Positions 1 through 12,047 are shown, numbered from the stretch's first letter. The stretch is 64,000 nucleotides of DNA from an uncultured bacterium (GCA_963977015.1 CAXBMO010000002.1:160001-224000), one strand, 5' to 3'. Translations and numbers: made by a program. Notes: a model not told the origin generated them from the letters alone.

Positions 1-99
1 CTCAACCAGCACGACATTCATCCGGCGGATTTCCTTCGCGTGGTATGGGCGGCGGACGGGAATACCGATTACGTCGTCGACTACGTTAGGAATCACTGA
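1..99 (+). CDS. 3' end of a CDS entering the window, possibly a DUF5069-like protein (partial)
   Basis: Frame 1 is open from base 1 to TGA at 97-99: LNQHDIHPADFLRVVWAADGNTDYVVDYVRNH*. The family call is from recollection of the IHPADFLRxVW C-terminus. Confidence 0.45.
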   Translation, partial: LNQHDIHPADFLRVVWAADGNTDYVVDYVRNH

Positions 100-647
100 C
101 GAAGCCTTGAATCATCGAGAGGCGGAGACGGGATTCGGCGGAAATGCAGGATCATCGTTACAAGGATCCCCGCCAGGAGGAACATGTAGACAACGACAGC
201 TCCGATGGTAATCGCCAATTCCTGATTCGCACGGACTTGATTGGCCTGAACCACATCCCAATGGACAGCGCCGAGTAGGAGGAGAGTTGCGAATGCCATC
301 GCGAGTAAGTCGCGCCCAATCCGGGTGGTGGTGCCGACGGCACGTTCCGGAGCCAGCCAATAGTTCTTGTTCGGCAGGTTCCAATGCGTTTGCGAGATGC
401 GGGGGAGAAACCAGGCAATGCCGGTGAAGGTGAGAAATTCAAGAGTTGCGACCATTGATATCGCCAGGGTCAACTCCCTTGGGCTCGACCAACGGTCCGG
501 CTCGCCTCCCGCCCCAAAATGGACCGCGACCTGTTTAGGCAATTGCCCGTGCGTCCAAACGACGTAGCTGATCAACACCAGCCAGGTGATGCCGACCGCC
601 ATGACAAGGGGCCAAATTGGTCGGAGATGCTCGGGTAGTCTCGCCAT
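93..647 (-). CDS. DUF1648 domain membrane protein (SdpI-like)
   Basis: LPKQVAVHFGAGGEPDRW motif followed by several hydrophobic helices; ATG at 647 preferred over the upstream TTG. Confidence 0.8.
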   Translation of the reverse strand: MARLPEHLRPIWPLVMAVGITWLVLISYVVWTHGQLPKQVAVHFGAGGEPDRWSSPRELTLAISMVATLEFLTFTGIAWFLPRISQTHWNLPNKNYWLAPERAVGTTTRIGRDLLAMAFATLLLLGAVHWDVVQANQVRANQELAITIGAVVVYMFLLAGILVTMILHFRRIPSPPLDDSRLRQ

Positions 648-767
648 GATGAGGAGATTCAACCCCGTTGAAGGCGACTTCGCGATTGCAAAATGTCACT
701 GGATTTCTCGCGACAGAGTGACTAACGGGTCCTTACCCTTGCCGAATCCCCCAATGTTGTTAACCCG

Positions 768-1823
768 ATGAATTGGCTTCTACAATCCCTCAGCCTCAGC
801 GTATTGCTTCTGCCATGGTGCCTCCATGCGGGAGAGGCTCCGCCAATCTCGGAGCCACTTCCGAAGCGACTCGCTTCGGCTTCGATTCTATGGGAAAACG
901 ACTCGCTGGGAGGGACGGACAAGCATTACACGAACGGGACGCGCTTTGAATTTACCCTGGGTTCGACCATCGACCGCGAATCGACCTTTCTGGGGCCGTT
1001 GGTCAACGTGTTTCAGGATCATGAGGAAATCTACGGAACCGTATTTTTCGGTCAGGACCTGTACACGCCGCGGGACATCACCGTGACTGAATTGATCGAA
1101 GACGACCGCCCTTACGCCGGTTGGCTTTATGCGGGAATGCGTTTTGGGACGGTGAATGAATGGACTGACGATCAGAAGTTCTGGTTCATCAAACGGGCGT
1201 TGGATTACACGAGTCTGGAACTGAATTTGGGGGTGGTTGGCCCATGGGCGCTGGGCGATGAAATCCAATCCGGCTTCCATGAGTTGATCAACGGCCAGGA
1301 ACCAATGGGCTGGGACAATCAGATCAACAACGAGATCGTTTTCGACGCGAATTTGTTTCAAAGCCTGAGTTTCCGCGTGCTGGAGGATTCCGCGCAGCGT
1401 GTGAGCTTCGATCTCGAACCGTTCTACAACCTGCGGGCCGGGATGGTCCAGGTTTCCGGCGGTGGTGGAATCGCTGCCGTGCTGGGGCTGAACCACAAGC
1501 TTGGGGCGACGCCTCGCCGGCTCTCTTACTCCGGGCCGCTGAGCCGGACGGGAATGCAGTCCAGTTGGGAGGTTGCGTTGTTTGGCTCAATGGAAGGGCG
1601 CGGCGTTGCGTGGAACACGTTTTTGGACGGCAACGTGTTCGCCGACGGAAGCCACTCCGTCGACAAGGAGCACTTCATTTGGCATTCAGAGGTGGGAATC
1701 ATGCTGCGCTACCGCTGGCTCGTTGCCTCCTACATCCAGGTTTTCCGCTCCGAGGAGTTTGATGGCCAGGAGGGAATTCACGAATACGGCTCCGGACGGG
1801 TCGGCTTTGAGTTCCCGTTTTAG
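768..1823 (+). CDS. Lipid A deacylase LpxR family (DUF2219) outer-membrane beta-barrel
   Basis: Signal peptide; WENDS..GTDKHYTNG, GQDLYTP, DRPYAGWL, GWDNQI motifs; C-terminal Phe. Confidence 0.9.
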   Translation: MNWLLQSLSLSVLLLPWCLHAGEAPPISEPLPKRLASASILWENDSLGGTDKHYTNGTRFEFTLGSTIDRESTFLGPLVNVFQDHEEIYGTVFFGQDLYTPRDITVTELIEDDRPYAGWLYAGMRFGTVNEWTDDQKFWFIKRALDYTSLELNLGVVGPWALGDEIQSGFHELINGQEPMGWDNQINNEIVFDANLFQSLSFRVLEDSAQRVSFDLEPFYNLRAGMVQVSGGGGIAAVLGLNHKLGATPRRLSYSGPLSRTGMQSSWEVALFGSMEGRGVAWNTFLDGNVFADGSHSVDKEHFIWHSEVGIMLRYRWLVASYIQVFRSEEFDGQEGIHEYGSGRVGFEFPF

Positions 1824-1886
1824 GCCGGATATCCTTGACGGCGAGCGCCGCAAGATTTTCAATTTTGGATCGAGTTTTCAACCTCT

Positions 1887-4250
1887 ATGCGCGCCACGTT
1901 CTTCGCCTTTTTCCTTACCGCTCTCTCCGGAATTGCATCTGATCACACGGCGTTTTTTGAAGCCCATTGTGTAAAATGCCACGGGCCGGAGAAGCAGAAG
2001 GGCGACTTTCGACTCGATACGCTGGGTGCGCCCGACTTTGACACGGCGGAAGATTGGTCCTTGATCGCTGACGTCATCGAAACCGGCGAGATGCCGCCCC
2101 GCAAAGAGCCTCGCCCCGATGCCGCAGTTGCCACCACGCTGGTCGATTGGATCAGCCACGAACTTGGCCAGATTGTCGAGCCGACGTTGGGGCTTCGCCG
2201 CATGAATCGCGTGGAATATGAAAACACGCTACATGATCTGCTCGGGATTGACACGCCGCTGGCCGAACTGCTTCCCGAAGACGGCAGCGTCCAGGGTTTT
2301 GACAACGTGGCCAACGGTTTGGGCATTTCTTCGATTCTGATGGAGCGTTATCTCGAAGCGGCGGATGCGGCATTTGAGGGAACGATTCGGCGGATTCAAC
2401 CTCTGCCTCCCGCGACGCGCCGCGCCAACCTGATGGAGATAAAGGACAACATCGAGTCGGTCAAAAAGAAGAAGGGCGGCGTGATCGAGGAAGCGGGCGG
2501 GTTCGTGGATTTCACACCGGGTTGGCCACCTGCTCGAATTGACCCCGCACATCCGATTGAGGAAGGGGTTTATCGCTGCCGCGTTGCGGTTTTTCCCCAC
2601 GAACCGAATGACCATCGCACACTTTCCGTGGCGGTATTTGCCGGTCCGTTGTTTGGCGACGGCAAGCGCCGATTCATGGGGATGTTTGACGTGACCGGAA
2701 CACCGGAGAAGCCCCGCATCATTGAATTCACGACGCGTATGGGCGAGCTTCACGCCCTCCACATTCTTCCCTGGATTTACCCGGAACACCTAACCTACCG
2801 CGATAAGCACGAAAAGCGGCCCGGTGTCGGGATTCTGTGGGCGGAGACGCATGGCCCACTGGATCAGGCGTTTCCCTCTGAACCTCAGAAGCAGCTTTTC
2901 GGGGAGTCGGAGACGCTCTCGATGGAAGCGGGTGCTTCGTTTTATATTCGGCACCGCAAGGGCGTGAAATCCCACCATGTTGCATCAACCGCACCCCGTG
3001 AGGACGCTGAGCGAATCATTCGCGATCTGATTCCACGCGCGTTTCGGCGTCCGGTCCCTGACGAATTGGCCGATCAGTTTGTCGATTTGGCGCTGGCCAA
3101 ACTCGACCAAGGAAACACCTTTGAAGATTCTGTCCGCGCAGGCTTCACCGCCGTGTTCTGCTCGCCTCATTTCCTTCTCCTGAACCGGGAAACGAAGGTG
3201 GATGACTACGAGATCGCGTCCCGCCTTTCCTACTTCCTCTGGTCGTCGCTTCCGGATGCGGAACTGATGAGCCTGGCCGCCGCCGGTAAGCTCAGTGACG
3301 CAACCGTCCGCCATGCTCAAATCGAACGGATGTTGAACGATCCCAAGAGCGAACGCCTGATCGACAACTTCACCGGTCAATGGTTGGACCTCCGGGACAT
3401 CGAATTCACGACACCGGACAAGAAGCTGTTTCCCGAATTTGATGAGTTGCTGCAACGCTCCATGGTCGCGGAGACCAAGGGATTCTTTCGCCATTTGTTA
3501 ACCGAGAACCTCAGCGTTCTGAATTTCATCGATTCGGACTTCGCCGTTCTCAACCAACGGCTGGCAACGCACTACGGCATTCCCGGAATTCGCGGCCACG
3601 AAGAGTTTCGCATCGTGCCGTTGCCGAAGGAGAGTATTCGCGGCGGAATTCTCACACACGGCAGCGTTCTCAAAGTGACCGCGAATGGAACCAGCACCTC
3701 ACCCATTTTGCGCGGGGTCTGGGTTCTCGACAATTTGCTCGGTCAACCGGCGCTGCCACCGCCACCCGGCGTTCCGGCAGTTGAGCCCGATATTCGCGGC
3801 GCGATCAACATTCGGGATCAGCTCGAGAAACATCGCGAAGACGAATCCTGCGCTCGTTGCCATGCTCGGATTGATCCTCCGGGATTCGCGCTGGAACAGT
3901 TCAATGCGATTGGAGGAGAGCGGGAATGGTATCGATCACTGGGAGGGGACGGTGGAAAGGTCAGGCATGTCAGCTATCGAATCGGTCAAACCGTTCAAAA
4001 GGGCGACGTCTGGCCCGATGGACGGAAGTTTGCGGACTTCACCGAGTTTCAGCAACAACTTCTGGATAATCCCGACGTGGTTGCCAAGGCGATCGCCTCA
4101 AAACTGCTCGTCTATGGAACCGGGCGCCCGCTCACAAATGCAGACCGCAAGATTGTGGATGCCGTTGTCGACGCCACTCGCAAGGACGATTTTGGTCTGC
4201 GATCCATGATCCATGCCGTCGCCGAGAGTGAACTCTTTTTCCGCCCGTAA
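1887..4250 (+). CDS. DUF1592/DUF1588/DUF1587/DUF1595/DUF1585 (PSD-domain) planctomycete-type c-cytochrome
   Basis: CxxCH motifs CVKCH and CARCH; RRMNRVEYENT, ASRLSYFLWSSLPD, TSPILRGVWV motifs; directly upstream of DUF1552. Confidence 0.9.
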   Translation: MRATFFAFFLTALSGIASDHTAFFEAHCVKCHGPEKQKGDFRLDTLGAPDFDTAEDWSLIADVIETGEMPPRKEPRPDAAVATTLVDWISHELGQIVEPTLGLRRMNRVEYENTLHDLLGIDTPLAELLPEDGSVQGFDNVANGLGISSILMERYLEAADAAFEGTIRRIQPLPPATRRANLMEIKDNIESVKKKKGGVIEEAGGFVDFTPGWPPARIDPAHPIEEGVYRCRVAVFPHEPNDHRTLSVAVFAGPLFGDGKRRFMGMFDVTGTPEKPRIIEFTTRMGELHALHILPWIYPEHLTYRDKHEKRPGVGILWAETHGPLDQAFPSEPQKQLFGESETLSMEAGASFYIRHRKGVKSHHVASTAPREDAERIIRDLIPRAFRRPVPDELADQFVDLALAKLDQGNTFEDSVRAGFTAVFCSPHFLLLNRETKVDDYEIASRLSYFLWSSLPDAELMSLAAAGKLSDATVRHAQIERMLNDPKSERLIDNFTGQWLDLRDIEFTTPDKKLFPEFDELLQRSMVAETKGFFRHLLTENLSVLNFIDSDFAVLNQRLATHYGIPGIRGHEEFRIVPLPKESIRGGILTHGSVLKVTANGTSTSPILRGVWVLDNLLGQPALPPPPGVPAVEPDIRGAINIRDQLEKHREDESCARCHARIDPPGFALEQFNAIGGEREWYRSLGGDGGKVRHVSYRIGQTVQKGDVWPDGRKFADFTEFQQQLLDNPDVVAKAIASKLLVYGTGRPLTNADRKIVDAVVDATRKDDFGLRSMIHAVAESELFFRP

Positions 4251-4271
4251 CCTCAGCCAGAACCCACCATC

Positions 4272-5519
4272 ATGATGAATCGCCGAACTTTTCTTCGCTC
4301 CGCCGGAGTTGCCATGGCTCTCCCCGGACTGCCCAGCCTCGGAGCGGCTCCATCCAGCCCGGACATTCGAAGGATGCTGGCCATTTGCGCTCCTCTCGGA
4401 ATCCACACTCCCCACCTCTTCCCTCAAACCGCCGGAAAAGACTATGAGGTCACGCCCTACCTGAAGCCCCTGCAATCGGTTCGAGACAAATTCACGGTAA
4501 TGTCCGGATTGAGGCACCCGATGGTGGATGGCGGCCATGCTGCGGAAAAGAGTTTCCTAACTGGTGCAGCTCATCCCGGCCAACCGAGTTTTCGCAATAC
4601 GATTTCGCTCGATCAGTATGCCGCTGAGCGCATCGGTCACGAAACGCGGTTTCCCTTTCTGGCCCTGTCGGCCAGCAACAACGGAATTTCCTACACCCGT
4701 TCCGGCGTTCTGATCCCGGCGGAAACTCGTCCGTCCAAAGTGTTCGGGCGCCTCTTCCTCGAGGGCAATCAAGCTGAAAAGGCTGCCCAGATGCGACGGA
4801 TCAAGGATGGCCAGAGCATCATGGATCTCGTCCGCGACCAGACCAGTTCGCTAACCCGAAAACTGGGCCATGAGGATCATGAGACCCTGGATCAGTATTT
4901 CACCAGCGTCCGCGAAGTGGAACAACGGCTGGTTCAGGCTGAAGAATGGGCAAAACGTCCCAAGCCGATCGTCGACCAGAAGCCCCCCACAGACATCAAC
5001 GACCGTGCCGAGTTCACCGCCCGGATGAAGACGATGTTCGATCTCATCTATCTGGCGCTGCAGACGGACTCCACCAGATTGGTGACGATGACCGGCGCGG
5101 GCGGGAACGAGGTCGTCAATCTCAAAGGGGTGGATGACGGTTGGCACAACCTGAGTCACCACGGCAAGGATCCAAGCAAGATTGAGCAGCTTTCCATCAT
5201 TGAGTTGGAGGAAATGCGACTCTTCGGCGAGTTCCTTGAGCGCTTGGATCAGACCCGGGAAGGCGAACACACGCTCCTCGATCAAACCGCGATCTTGATG
5301 GGCTCCAATCTCGGGAATGCCTCCAGCCACAACAACACCAATCTTCCCATCGTGGCTGCCGGGGGCCACTTTCAACATGGCCAGCACCTTGCGTTTGGCC
5401 CTGAGCACCAGCCGCCCTTGTGCAATCTCCACGTTTCCTACCTTCAACACCTCGGATTGGAAGTTGACACCTTTTCGACCGGAAAAGGAACGATGCGAGG
5501 TTTGGAAAGTTGGAGTTAG
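4272..5519 (+). CDS. DUF1552 (HXXSHH) domain protein, Tat-exported
   Basis: MNRRTFLR Tat motif, HNLSHH motif, canonical pairing with DUF1592. Confidence 0.9.
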   Translation: MMNRRTFLRSAGVAMALPGLPSLGAAPSSPDIRRMLAICAPLGIHTPHLFPQTAGKDYEVTPYLKPLQSVRDKFTVMSGLRHPMVDGGHAAEKSFLTGAAHPGQPSFRNTISLDQYAAERIGHETRFPFLALSASNNGISYTRSGVLIPAETRPSKVFGRLFLEGNQAEKAAQMRRIKDGQSIMDLVRDQTSSLTRKLGHEDHETLDQYFTSVREVEQRLVQAEEWAKRPKPIVDQKPPTDINDRAEFTARMKTMFDLIYLALQTDSTRLVTMTGAGGNEVVNLKGVDDGWHNLSHHGKDPSKIEQLSIIELEEMRLFGEFLERLDQTREGEHTLLDQTAILMGSNLGNASSHNNTNLPIVAAGGHFQHGQHLAFGPEHQPPLCNLHVSYLQHLGLEVDTFSTGKGTMRGLESWS

Positions 5520-5679
5520 CGTGCCCCCCTGCCGTCATGGCGATTCGACCGAACCTTCAGGGATGGTGCAGTCTTGAGGTTCCGGATGAATCGCGGCCCC
5601 CGGACGCAGTTTTATCCAGCATTGACATTTGTTCCCGCTACCACCCCAATGGGGGGAGCATCAGCACGAGTGTCTGACC

Positions 5680-6822
5680 ATGAAATCCCCCGACGATCCC
5701 TTCGAAGAAAAACGCAAAGCATCAGGAACGCTGCGCTGTGAGTTTCAAGGCGAAGATCTGCCCATGATTCTTCGCCATGCAGACGTCAGGCAAGCGGCGA
5801 AAGACTGGAAAACGTTCAGCTCGGATGCCCCCTTTCGGGTTCCGATACCTTCCGAGGAGGATTTTCGCAAAATGCGGCAACTTCCCATCGAGACCGACCC
5901 TCCGGAACACACCGAGTATCGCAAAATCGTCGAGCCCTTCTTCAAGCGAGCGAAAAATCCCAAGGTCATTGCGAAGGTCGAGAACTTGATCGACCGCATG
6001 CTGCGAGAGTCCCTCGAATTGGATTCGCTTGAGGTGGTTCGCGACTTTGCCTTGCCGCTGCAATCTCACGCCCTGACGTATCTCTTGAACGTCGATGAAG
6101 CTGAAGCAGAAACCTGGATCAGTTGGGGCATTCACGTGTTCCGCGATGGAGAATCCGGTGAGTTGAAAGGGGCAACGTTGGACCGCTATCTCAATGAACG
6201 CTTGGATCAAGCGATTCAAAACCCGGGCGAAGACTTCTTCAGCGCCCTGACGAAAGCCACATTCCAGGGCAAACGTCTCACGAAAGACGAAATGTTGGGA
6301 TTCGCCAATCTGACCTTCGCAGGTGGGCGAGACACAGTCATCCATACCATTTCATCCATCTTCGCTTACATTGCAGGTCATCCAGAAGCGCTCGATTTTC
6401 TTCGAGCAGATTCGAAGCGGGTTGTGAATGCTTCTGAAGAATTTTTCAGGGTGATCTCTCCCCTCACCCACATCGGTCGGGTTTGTCCGGTAAAAACCGA
6501 TGTGCACGGATCCACCGTTCCGCCTCAAGGTCGTGTCTCACTCTGCTGGGCTTCGGCCAACCAAGACGAAACCGCGTTTGATGCGCCAAACGAAATTCGT
6601 TTGGATCGCAAACCCAATCCTCACCTGGCATTTGGCGCTGGCGCCCACCTTTGCCTTGGAGCGGCTCACGCCCGGCTCATTGTGCGAACGCTTCTCGCCA
6701 AGCTTTGCCTCCATGTCAGCGCCGTGGAAGTGGTCGCGGCACAGGAAAATGTGGAAAAGGAGGCTCAGTACCAGCGTTCGGTGGGATACGAGTCTCTTGA
6801 AGTTCAGCTCAAGGGTTTGTAG
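5680..6822 (+). CDS. Cytochrome P450
   Basis: Heme motif FGAGAHLCLG, ExxR (EFFR), I-helix AGGRDT, DPPEH; ATG at 5680 is the likely start. Confidence 0.95.
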   Translation: MKSPDDPFEEKRKASGTLRCEFQGEDLPMILRHADVRQAAKDWKTFSSDAPFRVPIPSEEDFRKMRQLPIETDPPEHTEYRKIVEPFFKRAKNPKVIAKVENLIDRMLRESLELDSLEVVRDFALPLQSHALTYLLNVDEAEAETWISWGIHVFRDGESGELKGATLDRYLNERLDQAIQNPGEDFFSALTKATFQGKRLTKDEMLGFANLTFAGGRDTVIHTISSIFAYIAGHPEALDFLRADSKRVVNASEEFFRVISPLTHIGRVCPVKTDVHGSTVPPQGRVSLCWASANQDETAFDAPNEIRLDRKPNPHLAFGAGAHLCLGAAHARLIVRTLLAKLCLHVSAVEVVAAQENVEKEAQYQRSVGYESLEVQLKGL

Positions 6823-6849
6823 GCAACTTCACCATTTGCTCACCTCACC

Positions 6850-7833
6850 TTAGAATGAAGCCAGAACCTGCTGCGAAAGTCGCTCACTGTAGGAGTTGAT
6901 CTTCCAATGTCCGGGACACCACCCTTTCAAAAACCGGTGAAAATCAACCCAGGCAAAAGGGAACAGGTCACGCCATTCGGCGATGACAGCTTGTGAGTCG
7001 GTTTCCGGGGTTCGCGGATCGATCGCCTTCTTCAATTTGGCGAAATAGAGATCCAAAAGCGCGGGGATCCGCTCTTCACAGGCTTCCTCATCGAGACAAC
7101 TCCCCAGGAAATAGGCGACGTCTTTCATTCCGCATCCTCCTCCCACATATTGGAAGTCGAGCGCGGCGACTCGATCCGCCGACTTCGAGAAACAGAAATT
7201 GGCAAGCTTGGCGTCTCCATGAACCAAGGTTTGATACCTTGCGCCGCTTAACTTTTGATCAATTGCCTCCGCCGCAGCCTTCAAAGGGAGATCATCAAGA
7301 GCATCAAGTTCGTCCGGCCGAGTTGTTAGATGCCAATACGTTCCCGTCTTCCAGAGACCATCGGGCGCCTCCCCCAAAAACAAGGCGTGAAATTCAGCCA
7401 GCCATTCCAGACACCGTTCGATTTCCGGTTCCCCGATCGTAGTCAATCTCGAAGGATAGCCTGCGGCATCGATGTCTTCGAGAAGCAGACAAATCGAATC
7501 TTCATGATCTGCGAATGAGAGAAACTGGGGAATCCGGCAGCAATCATCACAACGCGACGCCCAGGATCGATACCAATGCGTTTCGACCTGATACGAACGG
7601 ACCTTCCGTTGATGTGAAAGGTCGGAAGTCCACCCGCGGGGATGCGTTCTCTCGCTTGGCATCGCAACGTGCTTCGCGACGAGCGTTTGGCGATCACCGC
7701 CCTCGAGAACAATCCTCAGGATTTGGCCATACCCACTCCAGAGCTCCTGAATGACCTGATCGATCTTCATTCCTGAAGCACCTGTCGAATCCAGCACAAA
7801 GGATCCGAATTCGGCTTCAAAGTTCGATCTCAT
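6850..7833 (-). CDS. Phosphotransferase, APH/choline/ecdysteroid-kinase-like family
   Basis: HGDAKLANF (Brenner motif) and DFQYVG; ATG at 7833 avoids overlap with ftsB. Confidence 0.85.
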   Translation of the reverse strand: MRSNFEAEFGSFVLDSTGASGMKIDQVIQELWSGYGQILRIVLEGGDRQTLVAKHVAMPSERTHPRGWTSDLSHQRKVRSYQVETHWYRSWASRCDDCCRIPQFLSFADHEDSICLLLEDIDAAGYPSRLTTIGEPEIERCLEWLAEFHALFLGEAPDGLWKTGTYWHLTTRPDELDALDDLPLKAAAEAIDQKLSGARYQTLVHGDAKLANFCFSKSADRVAALDFQYVGGGCGMKDVAYFLGSCLDEEACEERIPALLDLYFAKLKKAIDPRTPETDSQAVIAEWRDLFPFAWVDFHRFLKGWCPGHWKINSYSERLSQQVLASF

Positions 7834-7858
7834 CAAGCAATGGCTTGTCAGGAGGCAA

Positions 7859-8191
7859 TCACCGCTGAATTCGAATGATGGTTTCGCCTTTCCGCTGCAA
7901 ATCCAACCGATCACGAGCGACCGATTCGCGATACGCAGCTTCTTCGCGGAGCCATTCAAAATCCTGCTTCAAAGCATCTCGCTTGGAACGAAGCGACTGC
8001 TCTTCACTCTGAAGCTCAGCAATCTGCTCGTTCAAGAGGCTTTGACGCCGGATCTCGGGCAGAAACTTCGCAATCAGGGCAGCACTTGCGATCAAGGCCA
8101 CAAGTGCCACCAGAATTCGATTCAGCTTTTGCCAAACGTCGAGTCCACCGATCGAAGTGGAGTGCATTTCAGATCGGGGCTCGCGATTCAT
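7859..8191 (-). CDS. ftsB: Septum formation initiator FtsB/DivIC family
   Basis: Single TM helix, coiled coil and [15 protein letters not shown] motif; conserved position downstream of enolase. Confidence 0.8.
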   Translation of the reverse strand: MNREPRSEMHSTSIGGLDVWQKLNRILVALVALIASAALIAKFLPEIRRQSLLNEQIAELQSEEQSLRSKRDALKQDFEWLREEAAYRESVARDRLDLQRKGETIIRIQR

Positions 8192-8198
8192 GCGGGAA

Positions 8199-9587
<1,389 letters not shown>

Positions 9588-9773
9588 TTAATTCCTTCAA
9601 CCGTAATTGTCCATCAATTGTTCGTTAGAAGTTTTCGAACCGAATTCGCTCTCGTGGGATAAGCCCGCGGATTGGATAAATCCGGCCCTGAGCATTGGGT
9701 GGTGCCAATCGCAAAAGACGCTATACTCGCCGACGTTATGAGCAAAGTGCCTGACAGAACCTGATCAGACTTC

Positions 9774-10178
9774 GTGGATTACAGACTCGATATATTCGCC
9801 GGTTTTCAAGTACGGGAAATCAGTGTCGATGGCAAAGTTCGGCGTCGATCGTTTTACATCGCGTTTTCCGGCCAACCGGGAGCTTCCGTGACCATCAACA
9901 TTCTTGACCTTTCCTTCATGGTCGGATCCAGCACGTCAGTTATCGGCCACAATGGGGATCTGGAGATCGTGATTCCAGATTCATCCTTCGCGAAAAAGTC
10001 TTACACTCTGCAAATCATCGTCACTCCACCAACTCCGGAAGGCGGATCGCTCCAGCCTTCACAAAGTTACTACGTCACCTTTGACGCCGCGTTGGAGCCA
10101 CCGAACGGAGAGGCGCTCAAGATCGGCGATATCTACGGACAAGTCTTGGACGCACCTTCCCCGAGCAATCCGGGTTAG
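9774..10178 (+). CDS. Hypothetical protein; possibly starts at ATG 9738 across an in-frame TGA
   Basis: 134-aa ORF filling the eno-greA gap with no recognisable family; see findings. Confidence 0.5.
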   Translation: MDYRLDIFAGFQVREISVDGKVRRRSFYIAFSGQPGASVTINILDLSFMVGSSTSVIGHNGDLEIVIPDSSFAKKSYTLQIIVTPPTPEGGSLQPSQSYYVTFDAALEPPNGEALKIGDIYGQVLDAPSPSNPG

Positions 10179-10199
10179 GCTCAATGACCAGCTCTACGC

Positions 10200-12047
10200 T
10201 TAGGAGGCGTAGGCCTTGATCGAAACGATTTTGACTGAGCGGGTGTGGTCGGGAATTTCGGTTGGGAGGCTTGCGGAATCTCCAACGGATTTCCCGATCA
10301 AAGACTGTCCAGCACCGGTCGTGTAGGCGATGATGTTGTTGTCCGGGTCAGAATCCCAAGCACCCAGGATGGTGTAGGTTTCCTTTTTGCCCGCTTCTTC
10401 ATCTTCGATTTCAACGATGGTTCCAACGGAAACAAACGAAGTATCGACATCAGAAAAGTCAGTGCCTCGTGCACGGCTGATATCCCGCTCCATTTCTTCG
10501 CGCTGACGGCGCAGAACCGCTTCCTGCTGCTTGGCTGCCTTGTATTCGAAGTTCTCTCGCAAGTCACCATATTCACGGGCGACCTTGATTTCCTCACGGT
10601 TTTTCGGCTGAAGCACATTGCAGAGATTATCGAATTCCTTCTGCTTCGCTTCCAGACTTTCAAACGAGACGATCAGGTGCTCGTCCTTCTGAGTCTGAGC
10701 GTCCTTGCTTCCCGTGATCAGGTCCTGAATTTCAGGATGAACTTTTACGATTCGAGCCAGAAGCGATTTCCGCGTCAACTCATCGAAAGCCGGGCTCATC
10801 ATCAATCGACGAGCAAATCCCCTCACCGCGTTGATATCGAGTCCGGTGATCATGTCCGGAATCAGATCCTGGTCACCCTGGAGGGTCTCGGCCAGGCGGT
10901 TGGAACGGCGAACGCCTTCACCAAAGTGGTCTTTTTCCAGAGCGGCCATGAGAACGGAAGGCAGATCCGCATCGACAACATCCGCAGCCTTTCCTGTCCG
11001 CTCCTTACAAATCCAGGCGAGAAGGTCGGAACTGTGGGCCCGCTGCTGGAGTCCCAAACGCAGAAAGTCGTTCAGTTCGGTTTGCTTACCTTTCTCGACG
11101 AGAAATTTCGTCAGCTCGCTCGTGCCTCTCAAACCGGCCGTGCTGAGCATCTCCATGACGACTTCCGGCCATTCTTCACCAAAAGCATCTGGAAAGGATT
11201 CCAGAACCTGACGCTGCCTCGCAACACCGAGTCCCCGCAAGATTTCGCCAAGCTGATTCCGCTCGCCAACCAAAAAGCCGGCCAACTCGAGTTTGTCTTC
11301 TCCGGAATCAACGCCCTCAAATTTCGCCTCGACTTCCTCGCGAGCCAAAATCAGCTCCAACGCTTGGCCGGGCATCATTTTCGCGCATTTCAGAGCCGAC
11401 GCATTAAGATCGTCGACAACGGGATTGAGCTCCTCAACGGGATTATCAAACGCCTTTTCGTCCTTCAAAATGGCTTCAACGTTCTTCGCCTTGGATTTGA
11501 GGTCAGGGCTCGAAATGATGTCTTCGATCATTGCCGCCGAAGGGCTAACGTCAGCACCACGCAACTCCAACGGGAGATTCCGTTTCGAAGGAACCACGAA
11601 ACTCCGGTCCTGCCGCAGTTCCTTTTTCGCCTTGTCCCACCAGTTCTTGTATTTGCCGTCGGGAACAATCACGCCCTTCAAAACAGCGTCCAATTCATCG
11701 AGGGACATTGTGTTGTTGTGGCTGATCAAGGTTCGACGAACGAGTTCTACAGGATCCTTTTCCGCAAGTTCCTGCAACTCACTCGTGCTTTCCAGCCGTT
11801 GCGCCATGATGTGATCAGCAGGAAGCGGAACCAAGGCATTGGCCGCGAATTTCAGCTTCATTGCGTGGTTTGGCTTCTCCTCAAAATCGATCAGTAACCG
11901 ATCAGCAACCAAATCCCAGCTCTTGATCTTTCCGACTCCCCAACTTTTGTGCTGACAAAAAGCTCCCGGGGAGAGTGCTTGTACTTTCTCTGCGGTCTCG
12001 GTGTCCAGTTTCTTAGCGTTTACAAGATGTTCTAGCTCAGCGTCCAT
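10200..12047 (-). CDS. greA: Transcription elongation factor GreA with long N-terminal extension
   Basis: C-terminal AREYGDLRENFEYKAAK and YTILGAWDSD Gre motifs preceded by about 450 extra residues. Confidence 0.9.
   Translation of the reverse strand: MDAELEHLVNAKKLDTETAEKVQALSPGAFCQHKSWGVGKIKSWDLVADRLLIDFEEKPNHAMKLKFAANALVPLPADHIMAQRLESTSELQELAEKDPVELVRRTLISHNNTMSLDELDAVLKGVIVPDGKYKNWWDKAKKELRQDRSFVVPSKRNLPLELRGADVSPSAAMIEDIISSPDLKSKAKNVEAILKDEKAFDNPVEELNPVVDDLNASALKCAKMMPGQALELILAREEVEAKFEGVDSGEDKLELAGFLVGERNQLGEILRGLGVARQRQVLESFPDAFGEEWPEVVMEMLSTAGLRGTSELTKFLVEKGKQTELNDFLRLGLQQRAHSSDLLAWICKERTGKAADVVDADLPSVLMAALEKDHFGEGVRRSNRLAETLQGDQDLIPDMITGLDINAVRGFARRLMMSPAFDELTRKSLLARIVKVHPEIQDLITGSKDAQTQKDEHLIVSFESLEAKQKEFDNLCNVLQPKNREEIKVAREYGDLRENFEYKAAKQQEAVLRRQREEMERDISRARGTDFSDVDTSFVSVGTIVEIEDEEAGKKETYTILGAWDSDPDNNIIAYTTGAGQSLIGKSVGDSASLPTEIPDHTRSVKIVSIKAYAS

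Noticed and set aside
1887-5519. DUF1592/DUF1552 pair as a novel system
   Set aside because: Function is unknown, but it is a well-known multi-copy module in PVC bacteria and nothing here is distinctive.
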